A stretch of 64,000 bases of DNA from an uncultured Gemmatimonadaceae bacterium (GTDB lineage: Bacteria; Gemmatimonadota; Gemmatimonadetes; Gemmatimonadales; Gemmatimonadaceae), in assembly GCA_963790305.1 (NCBI GenBank), contig CAWBOC010000002.1, forward strand, positions 1 to 64,000. The letters are read 5' to 3'. Positions 39,320 to 49,879 of the stretch are shown piece by piece (positions within the stretch are counted from its first letter, which is position 1; each line of letters begins with the position of its first letter). The position numbers and the translations under genes were made by a program. The notes under the pieces were generated by a model. It saw only the letters and a program-made list of their open reading frames with translations. It was not told the DNA's origin and did not search any database.

Positions 39320-41987
39320 ATGGACGCACGCGCTCGACTGCTCGTCATCCTCGCCGCCGCCGGCGGTGTCTCGGTGGCGCGCGCGCAGGATTCGGCTCGC
39401 GTACTCACCGCGGTGCGATTTCAAGGCGTCGTTCGCATCGACGCAGTGCTCGACGACAGCGCCTGGACATCGGCGCAGGTCGCGACTGACTTTCGGCAGC
39501 GGGAGCCGAGCGAGGGCGCGCCAGCCACGTTGGCGACCGAGGTACGCGTGCTGTGGGATGACGAGGCGCTCTACGTCGCCGCGCGCATGCGCGACCCGTC
39601 CCCGGACTCGATCGTCGCTCTCCTCGCCCGGCGCGACGAGATGACGCCGTCCGACGAGTTCTTCATCGGCATCGACGGCGACCGGGACCGGCGCACGGCC
39701 TACGTCTTCAGTGTCACGCCTCGTGGGACGCGGACCGACGTGCTCATCTACAACGACAACATGCGCGACCCGTCGTGGGATGCGGTCTGGCAGGCGGCGA
39801 CGCGCATCGACGAGACCGGCTGGACCGCGGAGATCCGCATTCCGCTGACACAGCTGCGCGTCCGGGGGGATCGACCCTGGGGCGTCAACTTCTTTCGATG
39901 GATCGCGCGCCGGCGCGAGGATACGCAATGGGCGCTCATTCCGCGCGCGTCGCCAGCCTGGGTATCCCACTACGGGGAGCTGCGCGGTGTGACGCCGGCG
40001 TCCGCGCCGCGCCGGCTGGAGATCGTGCCGTACACGCTAGGACGCGTGACGCGGGCGCCTGGCGTGGAGGCGAACCCGTTCCATCGCCGCATGCAACCGG
40101 CGGCGGCGTTCGGCGCTGACCTCAAGGCGGGCGTCGGTCCTTTCACGTTGACCGCCGCCATCAACCCGGACTTCGGCCAGGTGGAGGCGGATCCGTCGGA
40201 GGTGAACCTGACGTCGATCGAGACCTTCCTCCCAGAGAAGCGCCCGTTCTTCGTCGAAGGGGTCGACCTGTTCGACTTCGAGCTCGGGTACTTCTTCGGC
40301 TCCGAGAAGCTGTTCTACTCGCGTCGGATCGGGCGGCGGCCGCAGGCATCGGTGCCGGGTGATCCGGCGTACGTCGATGAGCCGGATGTCACCACGATTC
40401 TCGCTGCCGCGAAGCTGACGGGGCGCACCTCGGGGGGATGGTCGGTGGGACTGCTCGATGCCGTCACCGGAGAGGAGCGCGCACGGCTCGACGGAGATCC
40501 GAGCGTACCATCGACCGTACCCGTCGAGCCGATGACGAATTACACCGTCGCGCGCGTGATGCGCGACTTCAACACCGGACGCACCGTACTCGGCGCCATC
40601 GGAACGGCGATGCATCGGCGATTGAATGGCGTCGAGACGTTCTCCGATCTGCGTTCCGCCTCCTACGCCGGCGGCGTCGACGTCCGCCATCGCTTTGGGC
40701 AAGGCGGTCAGTATCACATGAACGCGTACGTCCTGGGGACGCATGTGCAGGGGAGCGTCGAGTCGATCGACGAGACGCAGCGGTCGTCGGCGAGATACTT
40801 TCAGCGGCCCGACGCTTCGCATCTCCGACTACGACCCGTCCCGAACCTCACTTTCAGGCGCCGGCGCATTCACCGAGATCTGGAAGTCGGGCGGCAGCTG
40901 GAGGTGGGGCGCCTCGGGCCGTCTGGTCACTCCTGGGTTCGAGGCCAACGACATCGGCTATCAGCCGGGCTCCGACTTCGTCTCGCACGCCAACTGGATC
41001 GGCTACGAGTCATACCGTCAGACGCGACACTTCCGGCGGTGGTGGTGGTACCTGAACACGCTCGCCTGGTGGAATACGGCCGGAGAGCGCCACGGGCTGC
41101 GCTTCTACATCAATAGCGAAGCCGAGCTGCCTAACGGTCTCGGGATGTTCGTGAAGCTGCAGCGTGATCTGGCCGGCCTGTCACCGACGGAGCTGCGCGG
41201 CGGGCCGTCGCTCTTCCGGCCGGCACGATCGCTGGTCCTGGCAGAGGTGTGGACGAACAACGCGCGCCGACTGAGCGGTTGGGTGAACCTCATGGGCTCG
41301 AGTGAGGACGATGGCGGTGCGCGGTCGCTGACGGTCCAGCCGAACGTGACGGTGCGACCCTCCAGTCAGCTTCAGCTCACGCTGGCCCCCGCGGTCACGT
41401 GGATGCGCAACCCGTGGCAGTACGTGGACGATCCCGAGGAGGAGGGGAGCGCGCACTGGGTAGTGGCGCGCCTCGCGCAGCGCACCGCGTCGCTGACCGC
41501 GCGACTCAACTACACCTTCACACCGGATCTTTCTCTGCAGATGTACGCCCAGCCCTTCGTGAGTGGCGGGGGTTATCGCGACTTCCGGCAGGTCGTCGAC
41601 TCGCGCGCGCCGAACGAGGCTGAGCGATTCCGCGCCGTTGCGATCGAGACACCTCCCAATGCGCGCGGGGGCTCATACCTCGCGGATCTCAATCACAATG
41701 GAGGGGAATTCACCTCATTGGACGATCCCGACTTCAGCGCGCGGCAGTTCACGTCCAGTGCCGTGCTACGGTGGGAGTATCGCCCTGGCTCGACGCTCTT
41801 CGTAGCGTGGAGCCAGGCTCGGGATGCGGGCGATCCCGTTTCACCTTTCCGGTTAGGCAGTGACGTGAAGCGCCTGTTCGGGGAGCGGCCGACAAACGCC
41901 TTGCTCGTGAAAGTCAGTTATTGGATGGGCGTCTGTAACTTGTACGGGCGCTTTTCCAGCGCCTCAGTGGCGTACGATCGCGCCTGA
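39320..41987 (+). CDS. DUF5916-type protein: CBM9-like domain plus outer-membrane beta-barrel (frameshift at about 40825)
   Basis: IDAVLDD..W, WDAVW..GWTAEIRIP, INPDFGQVEADP, EKRPFF.EG, LFYSRRIG, LRWEYRPGSTLFVAWSQ. Confidence 0.85.
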
Positions 41988-43073
41988 GGCCGCGTCAAAC
42001 AGGTGCACGCGACGTCCGTCAGCGACCAGCTGAATACGGTCGCCGACGTCCGGGAGATCGCGCGAGCGCGTCTTGGCAGTCAGCTCGTGCGTTCCCGCAC
42101 GTACGTGCACCAGGGCTTCGCCCCCGAGGGGCTCGACGAGATCGACGGTGGCGTCGAGCGCCGTCTGTTCGGTGGTCGCGGCAGCCTCGGTAGCGAGGTG
42201 TAAATGCTCCGGTCGAATGCCCAGGACGACTTCGCCGGATGCAGGTGCCTTCGCGACGAGCGACTTCGGCAGCACGATGGCTGGCGCGCCACCCTCGGCC
42301 ACGAAGCGGGGGGATCCGTTGGTCGTTAGGGTGCCCTTGAGGAACAGCATCGCCGGACTGCCGATGAAACCGGCCACGAAGCGATTCCCCGGCCGCTCAT
42401 AGAGCGCCTCGGGTGTGTCGACCTGCATCACGTGGCCTGCGCTCATGACGACGATGCGGTCGCCCATCGTCATCGCCTCGACCTGATCGTGCGTGACGTA
42501 GATCGTCGTCGCTCCGAGCCTGCGGTGCAGGGAGAGGATCTCTCGACGCATCTGCACGCGGAGCTTCGCGTCGAGATTCGAGAGCGGCTCGTCGAACAGG
42601 AAGACCGCCGGCTTGCGCACGATGGCTCGCCCCACCGCCACGCGCTGCCGCTGACCACCGGAGAGCTGCTTCGGCAACCGGTCGAGCTCAGTCGTCAGGC
42701 CGAGCACTTCCGCGGCTTCACGAACGCGCTGATCGATCTCGCTCTTCGGCATCTTGCGGAGCTTCAGAGCGAAGGCCATGTTGTCGCGCACTGACATGTG
42801 CGGGTACAGGGCGTAGTTCTGAAACACCATCGCGATGTCGCGGTCCTTCGGCGGAACGTCGTTCACTGCGCGGCCGCCGATGGAGAGCTTGCCCGCCGTG
42901 ATCGACTCCAGTCCGGCGATCATCCGCAGTGTCGTGCTCTTCCCACAGCCGGACGGTCCCACGAGCACGACGAACTCGCCATCGGCCACACTCAGATCGA
43001 CGCCGTGCACGGCCACGTGGCCTTGAGCGCCCTCGTATACTTTGCGCACGCCTTCCAGCGTCACTTGCGCCAT
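41964..43073 (-). CDS. Sugar ABC transporter ATP-binding protein (MalK/MsiK/UgpC type)
   Basis: GPSGCGKST, LSGGQRQR, DEPLSNLDAKLR, YVTHDQ, TOBE domain; strong RBS. Confidence 0.95.
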   Translation of the reverse strand: MAQVTLEGVRKVYEGAQGHVAVHGVDLSVADGEFVVLVGPSGCGKSTTLRMIAGLESITAGKLSIGGRAVNDVPPKDRDIAMVFQNYALYPHMSVRDNMAFALKLRKMPKSEIDQRVREAAEVLGLTTELDRLPKQLSGGQRQRVAVGRAIVRKPAVFLFDEPLSNLDAKLRVQMRREILSLHRRLGATTIYVTHDQVEAMTMGDRIVVMSAGHVMQVDTPEALYERPGNRFVAGFIGSPAMLFLKGTLTTNGSPRFVAEGGAPAIVLPKSLVAKAPASGEVVLGIRPEHLHLATEAAATTEQTALDATVDLVEPLGGEALVHVRAGTHELTAKTRSRDLPDVGDRIQLVADGRRVHLFDAASGAIVRH

Positions 43074-43090
43074 ACCGCGTCCTCCCCTCG

Positions 43091-44458
43091 ATGAACGGCA
43101 CGACTTCGCGAGACGACTTTCGCTTTCCCGACGGCTTCCTGTGGGGTGCGTCGACCTCCGCGTACCAGATCGAAGGGTCGCCGCTCGCCGATGGTGCCGG
43201 CTCGAACATTTGGCATCGATTCAGCCACACGCCCGGTCTCGTCAGGAATGACGACACTGGGGACGTCGCCTGCGATCACTATCGCCGGTGGCGAGACGAC
43301 ATCGGTCTCATGAAGGAGCTCGGTCTCGGCGCATATCGCTTCAGTATTGCGTGGAGTCGGATACTGCCTCAAGGCACGGGAGCGGTCAACACGCGCGGAC
43401 TCGATTTCTATGATCGGCTGGTGGACGGGCTCCTCGAGCAGGGCATTCAGCCCCTGGTGACGCTCTACCACTGGGACCTGCCGACCGCCCTCGATGACCG
43501 CGGCGGCTGGCTCAACCGCGACATTGGCGCATGGTTCGCCGAATACGCGAGCGTCGTCTTTCGCAAGCTCGATGGGCGTGTGAAGAAGTGGGTGACGCTC
43601 AACGAGCCATGGGTCGTGACCGACGGTGGATATCTCTTTGGCGTGCTCGCGCCCGGACACAAGAACCTCTATGAAGCACCCCTCGCCACTCACAACACGC
43701 TCCGTGCCCACGCGCTCGGCGTCCAGGCATACCGGGCCGAGGGAAAGCACGAGATCGGCCTGGTGGTGAACCTCGAGCCCAAGTATCCGGCGTCGGACAC
43801 CCCGCGCGACCTCGCCGCGACGGCGCGCGCCGACGCGTACATGAATCGCCAGTACCTCGATCCCCCCCTGCTCGGGACGTATCCTGAAGAGCTGCGAGAC
43901 GTCTTCGGCGACGCGTGGCCGGACTTCTCAGCCGACGACATGCGTCTGTTGAAGCAGCCGATCGATTTTCTCGGTATCAACTATTACACCCGCTCGGTGA
44001 CGCGCGACGATCCGGCGGCGCTGCCCGTGCGCGCGAGCCGCGTGCGTCAGTCGCGCCACGTGCACACGGAGCTCGATTGGGAGGTGTGGCCCGACGCGCT
44101 GATGGACGTGCTGCTCTGGGTGACGAAGCGCTATGGCCGCATTCCACTCTACGTGACCGAGAACGGCTCGGCGTTCTACGACCCGCCGTCGAGTGAAGAC
44201 CTGGCCGATGATCCTCTCCGTACCTGGTATCTGCGAAACCACCTGCGCGCGGTGCATCGCGCCATGCAGCAGGGCGCCGACATGCGCGGCTACTTCGCCT
44301 GGTCGCTGCTCGACAACTTCGAATGGAGCCAAGGGTACTCGAAGCGATTCGGTCTCGTGCACGTCGATTATGCGACGCAGAAGCGCACGGTGAAGGGGAG
44401 CGGGCGGTTCTATTCCGAGGTCATTCGGACGAATGGAGCTTGTCTGGCTGGTCGATAG
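43091..44458 (+). CDS. GH1 beta-glucosidase
   Basis: WGASTSAYQIEG, YHWDLP, TLNEP (acid/base), VTENG (nucleophile), WSLLDNFEW. Confidence 0.95.
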   Translation: MNGTTSRDDFRFPDGFLWGASTSAYQIEGSPLADGAGSNIWHRFSHTPGLVRNDDTGDVACDHYRRWRDDIGLMKELGLGAYRFSIAWSRILPQGTGAVNTRGLDFYDRLVDGLLEQGIQPLVTLYHWDLPTALDDRGGWLNRDIGAWFAEYASVVFRKLDGRVKKWVTLNEPWVVTDGGYLFGVLAPGHKNLYEAPLATHNTLRAHALGVQAYRAEGKHEIGLVVNLEPKYPASDTPRDLAATARADAYMNRQYLDPPLLGTYPEELRDVFGDAWPDFSADDMRLLKQPIDFLGINYYTRSVTRDDPAALPVRASRVRQSRHVHTELDWEVWPDALMDVLLWVTKRYGRIPLYVTENGSAFYDPPSSEDLADDPLRTWYLRNHLRAVHRAMQQGADMRGYFAWSLLDNFEWSQGYSKRFGLVHVDYATQKRTVKGSGRFYSEVIRTNGACLAGR

Positions 44459-44486
44459 TCTTGGTTATAGCGGCAAAATCATTACT

Positions 44487-44683
44487 GGCATCCAGGTTCA
44501 AAGGGGGACGCGGATTTCGCGGATTCAGCGGATCAGGCGGATGGCTCCTGGCGCCTAGAACTCTCCTCGCGCAGGAAAAAACACTGCTTTTTGCTCCTGT
44601 AGGGGAGGGATCACGGCACAAAGGAGCGATCCGCCTGATCCGCTGAATCCGCGTAATCCGCGTCCCAACTTTGAACCTGGATG
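44487..44683. repeat. MITE/REPIN-like element, copy 2
   Basis: Same termini as 11026-11246; 59 bp of the right arm (44625-44683) are identical to 11185-11243. Confidence 0.9.
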
Positions 44684-44698
44684 GCAGCCCAAAGCAGT

Positions 44699-47600
44699 TC
44701 AGTACTCGAACCGAACCTCACGAGCCGGCGCCAGCAGCACCAGATCACCGCTCGCATCCGGGCTCGCTGGTCGCCCGTCGACAGCAATCCGTCGCGCCGG
44801 TAGATCGCTCGGATTACGCACGACGATCCCTGCGGCCGGCATGCGGAATCCGGGGTCAAACGAAAAGACAATCGTATCGCCAACCGCGCGCGCATGATAT
44901 CCGACGCGGCCGAACCGCGTCGGCAGTGCGCGTACCCGCACGCCATCCCCCTCGCGAAGCCACTCGTCCTTTATTCCAGCACCAATGACCAGGATGCCTC
45001 CTGTCTCCTGCTCGTCCTCATAGGCGAAGAGATCGAGCACCGAGCGAATGAAGTCCGACGCCACCCAGCCATGTGGCAGATCGCCGAAGAAGCGCGGAAT
45101 GCGGGGATCGCGCCACACGACCTCGGGCCACTGATTCCACTCACGGGGGCGTGCGTCCTTGAACAGCCAGTCGAGCACTTCGAGTGCGCGGTCGCGCCAC
45201 CCGAGCCTCACGAGTGAACCGGGGACGCGAAATTCGTACGGGGTGTACGCCTCCCAGGTCTGCGGACCATCGCGCCGCTTGACGAACTCCTCGTAGTATC
45301 GGGCGAAGGTTCGCTCGACCGCCGCGCGCGGCAGGCGGTGCAGCTCGCCACCGGGCGCCAGGCCCACCGTCGTCGAGGTCGCGTCGAAGTCGCCGAGGTC
45401 GGCGGCACCGGGGATATAGTCGATGTTGTGCACGCGCATCGACGCCTCGATCGACGCGATGAGATCGACGCGGAACGTGTCGCTCAGCGCGCCAATGCGT
45501 CGTGCCTCATCGAGCTCGCCGAGCGTCGCCGCCAGCTCCGCGGCGTCCTTGAGGCCGCGCAACGCGAAAAAGTCGTCCCAGTACGAGTGCATCGGCTTCG
45601 CCGAGTACCCCTCGTGACTGATGGACGGGGGAAGAATGCCGCGGAAATGGCGTTTGTCCGGCGCGTCGTATTCAGGCGTCAACCGCTGCCGCCGCAACGT
45701 GTCGATGTAGCCTACGGCGTCGACGATCCTCGGCCAATTCGTCCGCGCGATGCTCGTGTCTCCCGTGAGGCGCACGTACTCGGCGATGAGATAGATCAGC
45801 TGGCCATGGCTGTCGTGCTCGGGCACCGGGTCAGCGCCGCGGTGATCGACGCAGCAGGGCACCTTGCCGTTGTCGTATTGGAAGGGCGCGTACCATTCGA
45901 TGAACTCACGCACTTCGCGCGTGCCGCCAATGCGTAGCAATGCGGCTGACGTCAGCGCCCCGTCGCGAATCCACGACCGCTCGTACGACCGCGATCCTGG
46001 CTGAATCCTCGGCCCATCGCGATTGAGGAGAATGTGCGCGAGCGAGCTTCGCATCGCGCGAATGATCGGGGCGCCCGAGGCGGGGAGCACGATCGGGATC
46101 GCGTCGAGCCGCGCCTGCCACTGCCGCCTGGTGACGTTGAAGCTCGCGTTGGCCTCGGCGCCCGTGCGCGGCGCCAGGGCGCGGGCCCGCCGTGACGGGA
46201 GCGCGATCCAGACATCGCGGTGCGAACGGGCGGGGATCGCCAGCGGAAAGGAGAGCGCACCGCTGGCGAACCCAAGGGAATCGCTGACGGTTGCTGCTGC
46301 CGGCAGGCGACCGGTCCGCAGATGATCGACAATGTCTCCGGCGTCGAGCGTCGTCGCACCGAAGGCGCTAGGTGCCTGCAGCGGCACCACGTGCGCGGTG
46401 TCGTTCACGTGCACGCGCCCGCTACGCCACACGATCGAGCGAATGGGTGAGAATCCGCCGGTCGTGTTGAGGAACTGCCACGCCGAGTTGACCTGGAAGG
46501 GGCGAACAGCGACGTAGAGCGTGGGACGCGCGGCTGAGTCCGAGGTGTTCGACACGCGATAGCGCGCGAGCACCGTCGCTGCCCCCGCGCGCCCCATCGC
46601 GAACGATGTTACGTCGAGGGTGAGATTCCCTGTCCGCCACTGTACGGTCGGAATTGGAAGGTCGCCGGCCTCGAGCGACCGCGTGATCTCGACGTCGTTC
46701 CAGCTGAGGAGTTGTCCTTCGGCGCGCAGAAACGGCTCGATGGTGAAGCTGCCTTTGTCGCTCTCGAGCGCACCGTCTTCGCTGAACAGCGATTCGCGGA
46801 AGTCGCCTTCGACGCCGACGAGCGTCCAGAAGGTCTGGCGGTCCGGCCAATATCGGGGAAAGCTCCCAGCGGGCGCTTCCCGTGCGATGTCGGCGAAGAA
46901 GGCGTTGTGCGTCGCCGACCACTCCAGCGGCTTCACGCGAATCTCGCGAATGCCGACGCCGCGGCCGCGGCTCGTCGTGCGCGCGAGAACACGGAGCCAC
47001 TGGGCTTCCGACTCGGGCATGTAGAGCCAGTCTCGCCCGCCGTTGCCCCGTGTCACTCGGTGTGCCACTCGCCACGTGCGTTGATCGCTGGACGCGAGCA
47101 CCTCGTATGAGCGTGCGTAGTCGACCGAATCCCAATCGATGACGAGGCCGCCGAACTCGCGCCGGTAGCCCAGGTCGACGGTGAGCGAAGGCATCGCCGT
47201 CACGCGAGACCGCCACGCCGTGGTGCTGTCGTTGTCGACGGCGGCCGGGCCCTCGGCGGCGACGAGCGGCGGCGGAGTCGCGGGAACGGGGGGAAGGGGA
47301 ATCACCCGCAGGTCATCGATCCAGACTGAGCCTTTCCCACCGGTTCCGGCGGTGACGGCGATCTCGATACCGGCGGCGCGCTTCAGGTCCCCTCCGCCTA
47401 ACGGCCCCCACGCAAACGAGACCTGGCGTCGTTTGATCCGATACGTCGTCCAGGTGGTCGGGAACGCAAAGTCGCGCCGGTTCAGCCACCAGACGTTCTC
47501 GCCGCTGGCGTCGCTGAGCTTGAACTCGAGGTTGTTCTTCGGGACGGTGGCGCGGACGCGAAAGGTGATCTCGTAGTTTTCCGGCAGCTCGAGGTCGACA

Positions 47601-47842
47601 GCCCGCCGAGCGACGGCGTACCCACCGCCGCCGTGGAAGTCGATGTCCATCCGCATCGTACCAGCGACGGGAACGAGCTGGAGCGACACGCCGTCCGATG
47701 GAACAGCGGTCCAGGCCGCCAGCGACGAGAAGTCGTCGATGACGCGCGGCTCCTGCGCCGAAACCGGCGACGCAAGGACGGTGATCAACACCGCCTGCGC
47801 AAAGGGCACAACCAGAATTCGCAGGCTCGAATCGACTTTCAT
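44699..47842 (-). CDS. Secreted discoidin (F5/8 type C) domain protein with C-terminal (alpha/alpha)6 glycosidase-like domain
   Basis: Signal peptide; CBM-like N-terminus; AVDND..TAWRS..LTVDLG discoidin; GSRSYERSWIRDG, EHDSHGQ, HSYWDD, WNQWPE, PHGW. Confidence 0.8.
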   Translation of the reverse strand: MKVDSSLRILVVPFAQAVLITVLASPVSAQEPRVIDDFSSLAAWTAVPSDGVSLQLVPVAGTMRMDIDFHGGGGYAVARRAVDLELPENYEITFRVRATVPKNNLEFKLSDASGENVWWLNRRDFAFPTTWTTYRIKRRQVSFAWGPLGGGDLKRAAGIEIAVTAGTGGKGSVWIDDLRVIPLPPVPATPPPLVAAEGPAAVDNDSTTAWRSRVTAMPSLTVDLGYRREFGGLVIDWDSVDYARSYEVLASSDQRTWRVAHRVTRGNGGRDWLYMPESEAQWLRVLARTTSRGRGVGIREIRVKPLEWSATHNAFFADIAREAPAGSFPRYWPDRQTFWTLVGVEGDFRESLFSEDGALESDKGSFTIEPFLRAEGQLLSWNDVEITRSLEAGDLPIPTVQWRTGNLTLDVTSFAMGRAGAATVLARYRVSNTSDSAARPTLYVAVRPFQVNSAWQFLNTTGGFSPIRSIVWRSGRVHVNDTAHVVPLQAPSAFGATTLDAGDIVDHLRTGRLPAAATVSDSLGFASGALSFPLAIPARSHRDVWIALPSRRARALAPRTGAEANASFNVTRRQWQARLDAIPIVLPASGAPIIRAMRSSLAHILLNRDGPRIQPGSRSYERSWIRDGALTSAALLRIGGTREVREFIEWYAPFQYDNGKVPCCVDHRGADPVPEHDSHGQLIYLIAEYVRLTGDTSIARTNWPRIVDAVGYIDTLRRQRLTPEYDAPDKRHFRGILPPSISHEGYSAKPMHSYWDDFFALRGLKDAAELAATLGELDEARRIGALSDTFRVDLIASIEASMRVHNIDYIPGAADLGDFDATSTTVGLAPGGELHRLPRAAVERTFARYYEEFVKRRDGPQTWEAYTPYEFRVPGSLVRLGWRDRALEVLDWLFKDARPREWNQWPEVVWRDPRIPRFFGDLPHGWVASDFIRSVLDLFAYEDEQETGGILVIGAGIKDEWLREGDGVRVRALPTRFGRVGYHARAVGDTIVFSFDPGFRMPAAGIVVRNPSDLPARRIAVDGRPASPDASGDLVLLAPAREVRFEY

Positions 47843-47975
47843 GTCATTCCCTCGCCGTGTTACCGAGACGGTATCATGCTTTGCGCGTTGGGGAAAGGCT
47901 GTTTACGGACTCGCTTCCACGCTAGAATTGGCCGTCGAGAACCGCGTCAAACACCGGAGAGCAGTGGAGGAATGA

Positions 47976-48971
47976 ATGCTGTCGCAGCGCCGAAGAACGT
48001 TCGTGGCTTCACTCGTGTGGTCACTGATGCTGATGGGGACGCCGACCGTCGCGGCATTTGGGCAGGAGCCGGTCACCAAACCGACCACTCCGGCTCCGGG
48101 GACGGGTGACCGCCTTCCCCTCCCGCGAAATGTGAGAGCTGTTCAACAGGCTGATGGGAGGATCGTCGTCACATGGTCGCCGGTGCCCGGCGCAACCGCC
48201 TATGCGATCACGCGATCCGTGCCTCCAGATCCTGCCGCGCCAATCACGCCGAACGTGACCGATACGCTGTTCGTGGAACGCCAAGTTACCGCCGGCAAGA
48301 CCTACTACTACGTCATCTCCGGCGTGAACGACGTCGCGACGGGATTGAAGGCGGGCGCGTCGGTGAAGGCGACACGAAGCTTCGACCCGTCGGGAGCTCA
48401 GCTCACTCCCACCAACGTCGTCGCGCGATATGACTCGGCAGGCAACAGGGTCTACCTGACTTGGGTTGTGCCGGGCGATGTAAGCTTCTCCACCATTTAC
48501 CGATCCGGCGTGGAAGTCGGACGGGACTATACTCTGCCCCCAGATTTTTACATGCCTGCGCCCGCTCCAGGGACGCGAATCCAGTTTCAAGTCCGCACTC
48601 AGGATCAGTTCGGCAACGTGTCGCCCTTGGCGTCGTCCAATGAGTTGGTGATCCCGTCAACGGCCGCCCCCTCGAGCGGCGGGCCGACCGCGCCGTCGGG
48701 GCCTACCAGCACGACGGGCCCAGCGGGCACCATCGCTGTCACCATTGGAAGCGCGATCACGCTCCGGGTCGGGGGCTCCGCGTCGGCGGGATCCGCCCTC
48801 GGTGGAGCGAGCGCGAGCCGGTGGGTGTCACTCGACGAGGGCATCGCGACGGTCGACGGATCGGGAACGGTAACCGGGCGCACGTCCGGTCGGGCACGGC
48901 TGCTGGCAATGTCAGGCGCGACGGATGGGTCAGTGCGCGTGACGCTGGTTCAGGTCACGGTCTCGCCCTGA
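47976..48971 (+). CDS. Secreted fibronectin type III / Ig-like domain protein
   Basis: Signal peptide; PRNVRA..VTWSPVPGATAYAI..YYYVISGVN FN3; WVSLDEGIATVDGSGTVTG Big_2. Confidence 0.75.
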   Translation: MLSQRRRTFVASLVWSLMLMGTPTVAAFGQEPVTKPTTPAPGTGDRLPLPRNVRAVQQADGRIVVTWSPVPGATAYAITRSVPPDPAAPITPNVTDTLFVERQVTAGKTYYYVISGVNDVATGLKAGASVKATRSFDPSGAQLTPTNVVARYDSAGNRVYLTWVVPGDVSFSTIYRSGVEVGRDYTLPPDFYMPAPAPGTRIQFQVRTQDQFGNVSPLASSNELVIPSTAAPSSGGPTAPSGPTSTTGPAGTIAVTIGSAITLRVGGSASAGSALGGASASRWVSLDEGIATVDGSGTVTGRTSGRARLLAMSGATDGSVRVTLVQVTVSP

Positions 48972-48977
48972 ACGGCG

Positions 48978-49062
48978 AGGTTATCAAGGTCGTCGAGGAT
49001 GTCGAGGTAATCGAGGTGAAGTCGCCTTGATCACCTCGACATCCTCGACATCCTCGATCACC
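48978..49062. repeat. 9-mer (AGGTCGTCG/AGGATGTCG) tandem/inverted repeat
   Basis: Four units per arm; last unit contains the TGA of the convergent permease; same family as 15521. Confidence 0.88.
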
Positions 49063-49879
49063 CTTTGACACTCCCCGCCATGATCCCGCGGACATAGTAC
49101 CGCTGCAGGAAGAGGAAGACGACGAGCACGGGCATCACCGTCAGCACCGACCCGGCCATCATGAGCTCGACGTCCTGCACGTGCTCGCCTAACAGGTTCG
49201 CCAGCGCGACCGGGAGGGTGTAGCGGCGCTCATCGCTGAGCACGATCAGCGGCCACATGAAGTCGTTCCACGTCGTCAGGAACGTCCAGATCGCCAGGGT
49301 GGCGAGGATCGGCGTGATCACCGGGAGCACAACGGCGCGGAATATTCTTGCCTCGCTCGCGCCATCGATGCGCGCCGCATCGAGCAGATCGTCGGGAATC
49401 GCTGTCGCGTACTGCCGGATGAGAAAGATCGCGAAGATGCTGGCCATGCTCGGGATGATCACGCCCCAGTAGGTGTTGATCAGCCCGATCTGCTTGAAGA
49501 TGAGGAACAGCGGCAGCATCACGACCTGCACCGGCAGCATGAGGCCGGCGGCGAGCACGCGGAACGTCACGTCGCGCCCACGGAACCGGAGCTTCGCGAA
49601 CGCGTAGCCCGCCATCGCATTGATGATGAGCGATGTGCCGGTGACGGTGAACGCGACGAGGATGCTGTTGAGCAGATACCGTCCCATGTCGAGCCGGGTG
49701 AACACGGCGCGGTAGTGCTCGATCGTCGGGTCGCTCGGCACGAACTTCGGCGGCAGCGCCGTGGCCTCGCCCGTCGGCATGAACGACGCCGCCAGCATCC
49801 AGATGACCGGGATGAGCGCGAGCATCGCCCCGAGTATGAGCGCCAGGTGTAGCAGGATGCTCTGCCACCTTCTACTCAT
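49058..49879 (-). CDS. Carbohydrate ABC transporter permease (MalG-like)
   Basis: AGYAFAKLRF, IPDDLLDAARIDGA EAA loop, WNDFMWPL. Confidence 0.93.
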   Translation of the reverse strand: MSRRWQSILLHLALILGAMLALIPVIWMLAASFMPTGEATALPPKFVPSDPTIEHYRAVFTRLDMGRYLLNSILVAFTVTGTSLIINAMAGYAFAKLRFRGRDVTFRVLAAGLMLPVQVVMLPLFLIFKQIGLINTYWGVIIPSMASIFAIFLIRQYATAIPDDLLDAARIDGASEARIFRAVVLPVITPILATLAIWTFLTTWNDFMWPLIVLSDERRYTLPVALANLLGEHVQDVELMMAGSVLTVMPVLVVFLFLQRYYVRGIMAGSVKG

